A DNA stretch of 64,000 bases from assembly GCF_048593235.1 (NCBI RefSeq), contig NC_133618.1, forward strand, positions 271,275,882-271,339,881. Reading direction: 5' to 3'. Each line of letters begins with the position of its first letter. Positions within the stretch are counted from its first letter, which is position 1. The notes beneath the pieces are model-generated. The model saw nothing but the letters and a program-made list of their open reading frames with translations. It had not been told where the DNA came from and did no database searches. Shown in pieces: positions 50,601 through 61,647 of the stretch. Made by a program: the position numbers and the translations under genes. Origin of the DNA: Sminthopsis crassicaudata (lineage: Eukaryota).

Positions 50601-53600
50601 TTGCTTTATGTTATCTTGTCTTTCTCCTCTAACAAAATATTGCAAGTCTTCATCTTTAAGCCAATTGGTTTCCTGTATTTTTTACATATATTTGTGTCCC
50701 TAAAGTTTCTCACAACAGGCATAATCAGTAGTTACATTCACAAAGCAAATAATTCGTCAAAAATTAATCTATTCCCATTACGGAAAATGCCAGATGCTCC
50801 CAATTATTGAATCAACCTTGCTTTCTAGATTCTAGAAGTATGGCCAAAATATTGAGCCAGCACCCATCTGGGGCTGTATCGAACATTCACATTCTTTTTT
50901 TTTCCCTCCCAATTACATGTAAAAAAAAAAATTTATCATTTATTTTTTCAAATTTTGAATTCCAAATTCTTTCCTTCCCTTCCCCCCATTAAGAAGTTAA
51001 GCAATTAAAAAAAAAAAGTTAAGCAATTTGATAAGAATTTATATATTACATATTCACATCTTAGAAGAAATACTACTGCTAATCCTAATAGGCAGTCCTT
51101 GAACGGCAAGATGTACATAGTGTCCCATAGTGGCAGCTGCTCATAGAATAAAATCTGGGCCTTGAATTGTATTCAGAAGTAGACTCTACAAAGTAGAGTT
51201 TAGCTTGAGCTGACTGCTTCCAAAATCCCCTTCTGCAAGACAGTAACTATGGTCCTCTTTAATTACAACTTCTGGCTGCAAAGTATAATATACAGCAGTA
51301 GTCTGAAGGCTGCAAAGTCTCCATGCAGAAAAAGACAACAGAGCAAAGGGTAATTCAGCAGAGGCTTTCTTTACAACTCAGGCCTTGAGAGCCTAGATAG
51401 TCATGACATGTGGTTCAGTGGCAATTTCAAAAGAATGCAAAGTGTTAAAAGTATAAATTCAGACTTCTATCTCATAAACATCTCCCCTTTTCCTTATCTT
51501 AGACCAGTAGACAAATTATATTTTGTTTTAAAGGACCAAAATACCTTGGTTTCTGGTAGTGTAGCCAATCAGGAAGATTCCAGTTTGTAATATACACAGG
51601 CAAGTCAGTTAACCTTTTATGCCCCAGCATGAATCTGTAAGCTCATGGCAGGTACCTGTCCAGTTGAAAGTGTCTCCTCACAAGTGGTTCCCCATAGCCC
51701 TGAAATCACAAATCTGGCTCAAAAAAGAAACAAGCCAGGTGTGTTCAAGCTTCAAGACCATCAAGGAAGTTGAAAGAATGATCTCTGCTATCAGCGTATG
51801 CATGTCAATTCACAGAGAGCAAACTGAGAAAGCTTAAAGGGAAGCAAGTGACCTAAGGCCAGATGAGACCAATATAACAAAAATCACCACCTAACTCAAT
51901 TTACTTATTTGGTGCCATACCAAACTACTAAAGGGTTACTTTATAGAACTAGGGAAAAAAATAACAAAATTCATCTGGAGGAACAAAAGTTGAAAAACCC
52001 TCAAGGGAAGAAGTAGAAGGAAGGGGGCTGAACAGTACCAGAGTTCTAATTATACTACAAATAATAATTATGAGAACTATTTGATATGATATATTTAAAA
52101 AAAAAAAAAAAAAAAAGTAAAAACCTGGATAAGTATATGGTACACTAGAGCAAACAAATAGCTACTTCATATTCACTAAATCCAAAGACCCAACTATTGA
52201 AATAAGGACTCACTTCACAACAAAAACTTAATTTTTACATAGCTATTTTCTCGTTTTCTTAAGTTTTTATTGTTTAGACTAATATCTCACATCAAATAAA
52301 GTAAATTATGAAAGTATACTTGATTTAGATATAAACAGTTACATCATAAACAGGCACACATAAGGAAGTTCATATAAAAACTATGGATAGAGACAAATTC
52401 TTGACCAAATAATAATCTTATCAAAAAAAATTACAAAATGTTTTAAAAGGTACAACAAAAAAATAAGACCTACTGGCTAATTATTTTCTATCACAATTTT
52501 TCCTTAATTCCATTTTTTTTTTTTTTTATCAAGTTTAGACTACTTAAATGCCTTCTCAAGATAAGATACTATTACTTTGAAACATGTAAGGCTCTGGAGT
52601 GATTTATGTATTATTTATACTAATTTTCTTTTGTTGTGCTTTTTAGTTGTTACCCCATTCAAGTTTACAGCTGAAGCAACACAGACTCCAGTCAGTAATA
52701 AGAAACCAGTATTTGATCTCAAAGCAAGTCTTTCTCGTCCACTTCGCTATGAGCCTCACAAAGGTATGTGATGCTTTTGTATAGGACATCCAAAGAATAT
52801 ACTCCTTAAGCAGTTCTACCATCCTGAAGATTCAAAAATTTTATCTAAAAATGAGAAAGCTATCAGCCAGTTTAGTGTGGTTGTAATTTGATTAATGGTT
52901 GACTAACTACAGCTATCCTAAGAAATGTCATCTCATTTTTTTTTTCTTTTTGATTTTGAAAGAGGAGGGAAAATGTTCCTTTTGCTGAAGTTGTATTCCC
53001 TTTAAGAAACTGTATTTCTTTTTGATTTGTGATCCCTTTCGGAGTCTCAGCCCCTCCTGGGGAAGGCATATTCCCCCAGATAAGTTATCTTTTGGGGATG
53101 CCAGAGTCTTTGATTCAATTAGAAATCCTGATCAAAAAGCATCCCTTTGTTAATTCCAATAGAAGATCTGGGCTGGAAACTGATAAACATTTAAACTTGG
53201 GAACCTGAGTCCTGAAGTCTCAAGACTCCTTAAAAAGGGGCAACTGGACTCAACTTCTTCAGAGGGCCAAGCATTTTGCTAGGATCCTGCCCGCTTAGAA
53301 GGCATTCTCTTCTTCTCAGCACAAGAATCCATTTCCCCATAGGACTCTGCCACTAGAGAAGTCACTCTCTTAGCAAAATGGTTTCTATTCAACAATAAAT
53401 TTTCCTTTTGCCTATCAATAATTCGGGATAAGTGAATTCTTTCACTTTAAACCTGTGGCTGACCAGAGGGGGGGTGGATATTAACAAATCTCATCAATTT
53501 GATTTTTCTTGTGTAGCAATTATGCATAATTATATCAGCATGTATACATATTTTGGATTACTTGCTATGGGGGAGGGGGGTAATTGGAACACAAAGTTTT

Positions 53601-56600
53601 GCAAGAGTTAATGTTAAAAAATTATCCATGCATTATCTTTTGAAAATTCAAAAGCTTTAATAATTAAAAAAAAAAAAAAGAAAGAAATGTCATTATACAT
53701 TTGTCTAATTTAAATTTAAATTTAATTTAGAATTTAAATTTAAATTTAATTTAGAATTTAAATTTAAAACTAGTACCTATTTTTGCCAGTTGTTGAAGAA
53801 TTGCCTGGAAGGAAAATTAACAGGAATAGGACTGATTTACTTTTTTTTCTCTTCTAGCTAATGGTTGCTAAATTGGTAGATCAGAACAAGTAGTTATAGA
53901 TTGCCTCTATTTTATCTAGTATTTGTCAAAGCATCTCATGCTATTCTTGTGGAAAAGCTGTGGACTATAGGTAGAATACAATATGCCTGGGCTCCAGAAA
54001 GGTCAAGGAGCAATGGAGATCTGTGTTTGGCCTTAGGCTATTTTAACAATATTAAAAAACTTATATTCATAATCAAAGGATTACTGGGTCAAAAGGTTAA
54101 GAATATTTTTTGTAGTTTAATTTAATATTTTGAATTCTATCAGTAGTAAATGAACATACTTGTTTTGCCACAACCATGCTAATACTAAGTTTCATTGCAT
54201 TTTAATTATTGTCACCAATTTGATAGGTGTAAGGTTGGTAACTTAAAATTATTTTGGATTTACAGGCAAGTACTATTTCCAAGTGGTTATTAATCAACAT
54301 ATTGCATCTTTTGAAATTTCTCTTCCTATTTTTTGACTATTTTGACTATTTAGTGTTGTCACTAACACTTATATTTTAGAAGTCTTAATTTATGATAGTA
54401 TTTATGAGCAAATGTCATTTATATATGACCATAAATATTTTTTTCTAATCTGTTTTTAAAATAACTTTCAAGGTTTAGGGTTTGGGGTTTTTTTTATTTA
54501 ATTTCAGTATTCATGTTGTCCCCTGAATTTCTATTTGTCAAATCAAAAATTGGTCTCCTTCCACAGTTTTGAGATAAATTTTATTCTCTTTTCTCCCATC
54601 TTTTCAGAGTTGTGTATGTTTGTACTTCACCTATTTAGAATTCACAAGGTTGTACATATAGATCCAAATTTCTTTTCTGTCAAACTGACAGAAATGCCAT
54701 TACTTGCAACATTTAAATAGTTAAAGGTGATAAGGTCTAGATTTAGGGAACCAAAATGAGATTAGGGTTTCTGGTGGTCAGGGAATTAAATGATAAGGTC
54801 TAGTGGCAGGTTTGGGGTTCAGGGAACCAAATGGAGAGGTTTGGCTCCCCTGTACCCCCTTGGGATTCAGCACAAGGATAGGGAGTTTTGGGGACTCTCT
54901 TCTGGTGGCGCAGAGGTTCTCTGTAAAAAAATTTACAGACCCTAAAACCTAGATTAATAAAAAGAGGTTTATTATAGAGATTGGGAAGTGAGGTTAGAAA
55001 TCCTGACAGAGAGGCATAAAGTGTGGTTAGGGAAATGGGTAAGGATAGGGAGAGGATGGCACTGGAAAGAGTATTCTAGTGGACAGAGGCTCCTTGGCAT
55101 TCCAAGCATGGAGCTGGCATGTTTGGAACTTCTGCAAAGAGAGGGTTTTAGTTTGGCTTTTTTATATTGACTGCCTTAGGGGCTGGGACCGCTCAAGTTG
55201 GCTACAAATTGGGGGTTGCTCTAGATGGGGCTAAGTACAGTTTGAGTTTAATTGAATGGAAGATCTACATTTGAATAGAGTTGGAATTTTCTAGCTCAAG
55301 ACTCAACCAGCCCTGCCTAGGTAAACCACTTTATCTGATTCCCTGGGGTAATCTCTCATTGAGGTAGGGTTGTAGAAGATTTTCTCCTTCAAGCATTTTT
55401 TAGACTTTCAAGGTCCCCTCTTCAAAGGTTTTACTATATTTTTAGAAACTATCTGCTAAAATAGAGTAATTTGGATTTTGCTCTTAAGGTTGTAAACTGA
55501 AAAAGTTATCTCCCTGTGAGAGGTAATTATTGTATATTTAGATTATTAATTACAAAACTAGTTGAAATAATTAACCATCTTAGCAAAGTGCACAAGATAA
55601 AATAAACTCACATGACTTATCGGCATTTCTATATATAATCAACAAAACCCAGCAGGAAAAGATAGAAAGAAAAATTCCATTTAAAATAACTGTAGACAAT
55701 ATCAATGGGAAATTTACCTGCTAGAAAAAGAAGTACTTCTTAGCATTTTTATGTTGCTATTAACTGAGGTGTTAAAATGGCTTCTTTGTACTTTGCAAAA
55801 ATAATGAGCACTTAAAATTAAATTCTTTATGAAATTTGTGATTGTGAACATGAAAACCATTTGACCTAAGTTTTTTTTTTTTACCTTTGACTTCCAAAAA
55901 CCTCCTAAGAAATATATTGAAAATTTGGTGTCACAAATAATAACATGAAAATGACCACATGTAAGAGGCTTTAAATCTCTTTTTTCTCTTATGTAGGGAG
56001 ACTAAAGCCATGGGGGCAATCTAAAGAAAATATTGCTCTGAATGAGACAAATAGAATTGACTTCCACAAGAAAACTTATAAACAGCCACATCTCCAAATC
56101 AGGTCAGTATATAATTATTATTACTGTTTAGTTTTGAACTTTTCTATGAAGGTATTTCCAATAGTATTCCTGTGTTAAATATTTTATTCAAGCACTGCTT
56201 TTTAACTGTTTAGTCTAGGGATGACAAAGGGACTCTTATCCATCTCGACTCCTTTGACTTTCTCTTGAAGCCCATGGGCCCCTTCTCAGAATAGTGTTTT
56301 TAAGTGATGGAGATGTTAACTTTCAGTTAAAGGCTAGTAAAAATGAAGGTGATGTAATTTTTTTTCCCATTAAAGTTCACAGAACATCTCTTCTCCCATA
56401 GGAAATCTGTTCATGGAGCCCAAATTAAGGAAATCTCAATAGTTGTATGCTTTCATTAGATGAAATGCTGTCATTGTCATTTCATTCTTATTTGGTTTAT
56501 TCATCGTTTGGGCACTAACTATTCTAATATAAAAGGGGTGGTACTATTGCTGCAAGATACCTCGTTGCTGCCTAATTTCAAATAAGTGATTGTCTTTATC

Positions 56601-56699
56601 CCCAGAGAAGAGCAACGGAGGAAACTTGAGCAGAAAAGGAAAGAGAAGAAAGACGATGTCCTTGGAACACGAAGGGGACTTGTCATGCTTGGAGACTGA
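33498..56699 (+). CDS. NUSAP1: NUSAP1, complete CDS join(33498-33590, 36437-36505, 39389-39538, 40630-40789, 41097-41156, 42536-42648, 45638-45688, 46245-46426, 50427-50593, 52647-52763, 55997-56102, 56606-56699); 1362 nt, 453 aa
   Basis: Exons splice in frame with GT-AG. N-terminal SAP-like [86 protein letters not shown] and KPWGQSKEN all match recalled human NUSAP1. Confidence 0.96.
34365..34775 (+). mobile_element. L1 3' end
   Basis: agtgaagtgaacagagctaggaggacattgtacac...caacacaatgatccaagacaattc block and G-rich tail. Confidence 0.75.
35031..35362 (+). mobile_element. Second OC1-like hAT element, interrupted by a SINE
   Basis: Same 5' end and internal sequence as 26933-27133; 3' TIR GTGTGAGAATCCCTG. 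Confidence 0.78.
35118..35268 (+). mobile_element. WSINE1-type SINE
   Basis: gggcagctaggtggcgcagtggatagagcacc head, A-rich tail, AAAACCTC TSD. Confidence 0.9.
35556..35612. repeat. (CA)n-(TA)n microsatellite
   Basis: Uninterrupted CA run followed by TA. Confidence 0.95.
36437..36505 (+). CDS. NUSAP1: NUSAP1 exon 2 ([23 protein letters not shown])
   Basis: taatag| acceptor, CAG|gtaagt donor, 69 nt. Confidence 0.94.
39389..39538 (+). CDS. NUSAP1: NUSAP1 exon 3 (NGKSNISP...ESSGSK)
   Basis: ttttacag| acceptor, AAG|gtgaga donor, 150 nt, open in phase 0. Confidence 0.88.
39593..39736 (+). mobile_element. WSINE1-type SINE, ~55 nt downstream of the NUSAP1 exon 3 donor
   Basis: Near-consensus head and core; imperfect AAAAGGGG..GTGTGAG flanking repeat. 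Confidence 0.9.
40630..40789 (+). CDS. NUSAP1: NUSAP1 exon 4 (QDHSEMTES...NEME-G), NAGNAG acceptor
   Basis: tagCAG|GAT tandem acceptor; QDHSE matches human QNHSE; G|gtatgt donor. Confidence 0.88.
41097..41156 (+). CDS. NUSAP1: NUSAP1 exon 5 ([20 protein letters not shown])
   Basis: ctctctgaattag| acceptor, A|gtaagt donor, 60 nt; matches human SKPGKNKRTAITTP. Confidence 0.9.
41831..42495 (-). mobile_element. 5'-truncated L1 with 15-bp TSD and AT-expanded tail
   Basis: CATGACTAAATTTTC at 41816-41830 and 42496-42510; antisense L1 3'UTR between them. Confidence 0.88.
42536..42648 (+). CDS. NUSAP1: NUSAP1 exon 6 ([37 protein letters not shown])
   Basis: ttctag| acceptor, AAG|gtatga donor, 113 nt; highly conserved peptide. 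Confidence 0.96.
45638..45688 (+). CDS. NUSAP1: Candidate additional in-frame NUSAP1 exon ([17 protein letters not shown])
   Basis: Long pyrimidine tract ttttctttctcttttgacag|, AAG|gtgagc donor, 51 nt, phase 0-0, no stop. No counterpart in the human protein as recalled. Confidence 0.62.
46245..46426 (+). CDS. NUSAP1: NUSAP1 exon ([30 protein letters not shown]...KMNV-R)
   Basis: tttgtttcttctttaag| acceptor, AG|gtaaaa donor, 182 nt; matches human TPVPPRGRLSVASTPISQRRS. Confidence 0.93.
46810..47560 (-). mobile_element. L1 3' fragment
   Basis: Poly-T followed by antisense L1 3'UTR/ORF2-end motifs. Confidence 0.75.
48640..49810 (-). mobile_element. L1 fragment(s)
   Basis: Antisense L1 3'UTR and ORF2 C-terminal motifs with internal deletions. 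Confidence 0.7.
50427..50593 (+). CDS. NUSAP1: NUSAP1 exon ([23 protein letters not shown]...EHIS-V)
   Basis: ctgttaag| acceptor, G|gtaatg donor, 167 nt. Confidence 0.95.
52647..52763 (+). CDS. NUSAP1: NUSAP1 exon ([39 protein letters not shown])
   Basis: gctttttag| acceptor, G|gtatgt donor, 117 nt; near-identical to human. Confidence 0.97.
52975..53486 (+). mobile_element. LTR-like element
   Basis: LTR-like composition, AATAAA at ~53395, ends ..TTAACA; no TSD found and the 5' boundary is uncertain. Confidence 0.4.
53707..53768. repeat. 24-bp AT-rich tandem repeat (AATTTAAATTTAAATTTAATTTAG, ~2.6 copies)
   Basis: Read directly from the sequence. Confidence 0.9.
54720..55425 (-). mobile_element. 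LTR-like element
   Basis: Internal direct repeats (tgataaggtctag, cagggaaccaaa) and minus-strand AATAAA near 54967; boundaries uncertain. Confidence 0.4.
55997..56102 (+). CDS. NUSAP1: NUSAP1 exon ([35 protein letters not shown]), contains the KEN box
   Basis: tctcttatgtag| acceptor, AG|gtcagt donor, 106 nt. Confidence 0.96.
56606..56699 (+). CDS. NUSAP1: NUSAP1 last coding exon ([30 protein letters not shown])
   Basis: ctttatccccag| acceptor, TGA at 56697-56699; matches the human C-terminus. Confidence 0.96.
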
Positions 56700-56939
56700 G
56701 TCTGCCCAGTGCTCTGCCGACAGTCTTCATCAGGAATCTTTATGCTTCTGTAAATATTTCTCTATTTGTTTTGTCCTTGTACATTTCCCCCAGCCTGTCC
56801 TCATGCTTTCCTTGCCCTACTCCTCCCAGAGGCTGCTCCTCCCCATCATGGAGATACTGATACTATCAGCTCACAAAGGTCTCCTTTACAAACTCTGGCA
56901 GACTGTCTAAAATGGCTTTTCCTTGGCTCCTTTTTATTT

Positions 56940-57528
56940 AATAAAGTACAGCTCTTAATCCATAAACCCAATTTTTTGTCAGTATCCTCTTCCAGTCCTT
57001 AGATCTCCAGCAATCTAGACATAACTTTTTTCATATTTTAAAAGATGAGAGAAAAGGAGAAGGTAGAATAGAAGACGCCTCTATAAACTTCTAGAGAACT
57101 TACTAACTAAAAATATTGTTCTCTACCTGAGTAAGCATCAATATAAAAAAGTCAAGCTTCCATATTTTCTTAGACTTTTCCTTGGTTAACTGTTCTCTAT
57201 AAATACATATTCGTTGTAATTTGTTAGTAGATGCCATAGTTCACATTTATGCCCTAAATGCTTTCAAGACTAAAGCAAAGGAATCATGCTTAGAAGAGTC
57301 TTCAATTCTCATATTATTTATAGTTAGTTTTCCAAGATTGTTGTGCTCTGTGCTCTAATCTCTTATTCAAAATATATAAAAGACTGCAGATGTATAGAAT
57401 TATAGCCATATCTATTGACTTTCAGAATTTTATATTTGGCACAGTATCTGTCAGATTAAAATACTGTACTTCAGCTAATCTACTCAATGTTTTCTACTGC
57501 TTTGTAAAATTTTTATAAATAAAATAAA
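56940..57528 (+). terminator. Candidate NUSAP1 poly(A) signals (AATAAA at 56940-56945 and 57518-57528)
   Basis: Canonical hexamers in the 3' UTR; the distal pair is followed by U-rich sequence. Confidence 0.55.
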
Positions 57529-57730
57529 AACTGAAAATTCAATTTTTTCTCAGCTATGGTCAGTTTTATGCTTTTGATAGTAATAAAACTTGGTACCCCA
57601 AAGGGAAAAGAGTAGCAAACAGGAGGAGATGATCAGAGGAAGAAAGCTAGTAGGAACCAAGACACTGTAAAAAGCTTAAGGCAAAGTAACTGAAGGAATA
57701 TAGAACCTTGTTTAGAGGAAAAGGGGTGGG

Positions 57731-57871
57731 GGCAGCTAGGTAGCACAGTGGATAGAGCCCCAGCCCTGAATTCAGGAGGACCTGAGTTCAAATCTGGTCT
57801 CCGACACTTAACACTTCCTGGCTGTGTGACCCTGGGCAAGTCACTTAACCCTCAAGGGGAAAAAAAAAAAA
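57731..57871 (+). mobile_element. WSINE1-type SINE with 17-bp TSD
   Basis: AGAGGAAAAGGGGTGGG at 57714-57730 and 57872-57888. Confidence 0.92.
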
Positions 57872-57899
57872 AGAGGAAAAGGGGTGGGTAGTGGGTAAT

Positions 57900-58469
57900 C
57901 CTAATTTGGAAAAAAAAAAAAAAAACCTAATATTAGAGATAGATGGAGAAAAATGTAATAATATAAAAATGAATGACAGACTGAAACAAACCCTACAATC
58001 TGTTGCTAACAATAAACAACATTTAAAAAAACAAAGATATAAATGAAATAAAACTGAAGGGATAGGAAAAAATTACTATGCATCAAAATAGTAACAAAAT
58101 TCATTTGGAAAAAACAAAAAGAATATCAAGGGAAATGATTAAAAGTAGAATGGATGATACATATATTCTGACCTAACTATACTATTACTAAGCCATGAAT
58201 GCCAGGAGATTTAAAAATATAAATAGAATTTCTCAGGACAAAAAAAAATTGGAAATTGAGGGGATGCCCATCAATTGGGGAATGACTCAATAAAATGTGG
58301 TTTGATGAAATATTGTTCTATGGGGAATAATCAGCAGGATGCTCTCAAAAAAAAACCCTAGAAAGTACTCCATGAACTTAAGCCAAGTGAAATGTAGTGT
58401 ATACAAAGTAATAGCAATTTCTGGGATAACTGAGCTGTAAATGACTTTGCTATTCTCAACAGTACAATG
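57900..58469 (+). mobile_element. Decayed L1 (ORF2 remnants and 3'UTR), integration target of the ERV
   Basis: ggaaattgaggggatgcccatcaattgggg...ctattctcaacagtacaatg, homologous to the L1 at 34365-34775. Confidence 0.7.
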
Positions 58470-58798
58470 TGTGAAGGGCTGAAACTCTTTGAGTCAATGT
58501 ACTGAGGTCGGACAATCGAGCACTTGAGGCTAATTATTAATTGGACAATACTCTATAAGAATATGTTTGTAAAATAGCCCTTCCCACTATCCTGTGCTGG
58601 CCCAATCATTTGGTGTATACAGAGAATTGTGGGAGGGACTAGGGGGTGGAGTGAGACTAGCCAGAGACATTTCCGCAAGACAAAGAGAGAGATGCAGAGG
58701 TGAGTCCACTCTACCTCTAAAGACCAAGAATAAAGACTTTTGCTTATTCTGACTCCAGCTGATTCTAAGGTATCCAGGATGCTAAGGCGGTCACCACA
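58470..58798 (+). mobile_element. 5' LTR of betaretrovirus-like ERV
   Basis: TGTGAAGGG...CACCACA termini, AATAAA at ~58729, followed directly by the PBS. Confidence 0.88.
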
Positions 58799-58800
58799 TT

Positions 58801-58818
58801 TGGTGCCCAAGGCAGGTC
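58801..58818 (+). promoter_or_regulatory. Primer binding site, tRNA-Lys-like (TGGTGCCCAAGGCAGGTC)
   Basis: 2 nt after the LTR CA; TGGYGCCCAA is the Lys-type PBS start typical of ERVK/betaretroviruses; 3' half degenerate. Confidence 0.75.
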
Positions 58819-58937
58819 CAAGGACCCTAATTTCACTGAAGAAACCCTTGGGGACCAGGAAATAGGGTGAGTATTTTAATAGACAAACAGGGAACTTACT
58901 TTGTTAAGGGCTAAACTAGTAACCTTTTCTAGCCAAA

Positions 58938-60917
58938 ATGGGGCAAATATTAGGAAAAGATTTTCCCACACCCCCAATCCCACCCCTAAGGAGATCTACA
59001 GGAAGCATACTCAGACTGATAAAGAGAGAAGGTTTAATTATGACTTAGGAGCAGATTGATGGATTCGTGGATACATTAGAACGGACGTCCCCTTGGTTCT
59101 TCAGTGAAGAAGATATAGGGGCAGATAATTAGAAAGTAGTAGGAGATCAACTGTGTGAATATTATAATGATAATGGTTCTGATTCAATTTCCAAAGAAAC
59201 ATTCTATACATACAACATAATACAATTGTCCTTAAAGAATCCTGCAAGTTATAGAAAAATGAAAAATCTTAAAAACAGCCAGATGAGGAAGTGTGAGGAA
59301 AAAGAGAAAGACAATGAATGGATTAATAGCAATATCGGGCATGTGGAGTTAAGTGAGGATGAAGGGCGCAGTGAAGGGCATGGTGATTCTCCCTCTGACC
59401 AGGCAGCTGGTCAGAACTGGAACTGGTTCTTGACCCGCCCCTATCAACTTCACCTTCCGGGATGGAGGGAGGAGGAATAGTGGGAGGGACAGTAATACCA
59501 CCAGCACTTCCCTCCCCCCCCCCCAGCAATCACCCCCTTCTATGAATAAATTGCAAAAGGCACTACTTAAAGCCACAGAAGGGCAGGATTTAGATGATTT
59601 GAAAATAGGAATGTATCCTGTAATTCAACAGTTTAACTCTTCAAGTCAAAAAGTAGAAGATACACTCTGTAAAGGGCTAGAACTGAGCAATGCACTTGGA
59701 TAATGAAGCACGTGAGACTAATTGCCAATTGGACAGTTCCCTATTAACTTGTTTGAAGGTTGACCCTCCCCAGTTGTTCTGTGCTGACTTGATTGGTGGG
59801 ACAAAGAGGGAGGAGTGACGTGTGTGGGAGGAGGAGGAGGAGGAAGAAGAGGAAGTGAGACCCAGAAGCTGACTCAGTCTCTCCTGGCATTTGAGGGAGG
59901 AAGGTGTGTGTGTGAGGTAGGTAGGCCTAACCCCCTGACCTTGACTGTAAAAGATCAAGAATAAAGATGTTTAGTGATCCTGACTCCAGCTCATTTCTGG
60001 GAAGACAGAGTTCCAGCAACACTCCTTTTGATATAGAAATCCTCAAGGATCTGAAAAGGGCTTGCTCTCTTTATGGGGCTACATCAGCTTATGTTAAGAT
60101 GTTATAACCAAATTTGGCTTATAAAGTCTTGACGCCTAGTGACTGGAAATCCATTGCAAGGGTGTGCTTAGAACCTGGACAAAAGTTGTTGTGGCTTTCT
60201 GAATATAGTGAGCTCTGTAGGATACAAGCCCAACAAAATAGTCATAGTGGAGTTAATCCTCCAATCACCTGTGACCAACTAACAGGTGTAGGTTCTTATG
60301 CAGAAATTTCAGTACAGATTAATTACCCCATAGCAGCCATGAGCAAATTACTGTTGCTGCTATCAAAGCATGGGCTTTTCTACTTGGTAAAAATGACAAG
60401 GGGGAGGCCTTCACAAAAATTGCACAAGGGCCAAGTGAACCCTTTTGCTGATTTTGTGGGATGTTTGCAGGCAGCTGTCATATGGACTAATGGTGAAAAT
60501 GCAGTAATAGACATTAAGATAAGGCAACTTGCTAAAGGAAATGCTAATGAGGTTTGTAGAAGAATTATACTAAGACTACTCAAGGATGCTCCTTTAGAGG
60601 AGATCATAAGATGCTGTGCCACAGTGGGCACAAATACCTTTTATAGCGAGGCTATGATGCAGACTTCCCAAGATCCCAATATGGGAAGACAGGCTCCTTT
60701 TTGGCAAGGGACTTCCAGAGACAATTTTCAATGCTTTCAATGTGGTAAAGTAGGGCATCTGAAAACTCAATGTTGGCACAGAGACAGAGTGAGAAAACAG
60801 GCTGGGAGAACAAGACCCAATACTCCATGTCCAAAATGCAACAGAGGCTTCCATTGGGCATCAAGATGTAGACTGATTCAGGGAAACGGGACGAGGCAAA
60901 AAACACTTGGAACATGA
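58938..60917 (+). pseudogene. gag: ERV gag (defective; stops, frameshifts, solo LTR inserted)
   Basis: MGQ start, SPWFF..KVVG matrix motif, capsid YTPFDIEILKDLKRACSLYG, two zinc knuckles CFQCGKVGHLKTQC and CPKCNRGFHWASRC. Confidence 0.92.
59668..60018 (+). mobile_element. Solo LTR nested in gag, 6-bp TSD ACACTC
   Basis: TGTAAAGGGCT...CCAGCA flanked by ACACTC at 59662-59667 and 60019-60024; related to the 5' LTR. Confidence 0.92.
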
Positions 60918-61647
60918 TAGCAGCCAATGCTACACCCAGAGAGTACCTAGAAGTCCAGTTCCCAGACATGACCAATCAGCCAGAAAGCCATCTGATGGGA
61001 GAAAGGGATTACAATTGGGACAACTGAGATACCCCTTAGAGAGGTGAAATGTTCCTCTCCAGCCTATAGATCCCTTGACTCCAGGCACAGTAGGCTTGAC
61101 CATTTCACCTCCTGAGAGTATTTACAAAACAATGTCCATCTATACATTGATGTGGGAAACTGGGGAATGTGCAGATAATATCCCAGTCACTCATACAGGT
61201 AGACAACGTGTGACTTATCAATCAGGAGAAGTAGTAGCATTAGGTTTACCGATATAGACTCCTAATAAGCAATTTGGTGATAGTCGCCCAGATTCTGACT
61301 CCAAGCAGCAAAATCCAGGAATATACTGGACAGCAGCTGTGACAGCTGACCAACCTATGCTCACTATCTATATAAATGGCATACCATTAGAAGGACACTG
61401 GTGCAGATTGTACAGTCATTAGAGGTGCCAATGGCCCAGTCACTGGCCAAAGATTAAGGCAGACACCTATATGTCTGGCATAGGAGGATCAATAGCAGCT
61501 GAAGTTAGTGCTGTCCCTTTCAGATGGATTTTTGAAGGTGAAACAGGAGTTTTTCTCCTTTTATAGTTGAAAAAAATCCCCATCAATCTGTGGGGAAGAG
61601 ACATTTTACAACAATTAGGGTTAAAAATGAGTACTTCGGTTCTTTAG
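60881..61647 (+). pseudogene. pro: ERV pro (degenerate dUTPase-like segment plus aspartyl protease)
   Basis: PGIYW, DTGAD active site, WPSHWP, GIGG flap and [12 protein letters not shown] across frameshifts; the dUTPase call is weak. Confidence 0.85.
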
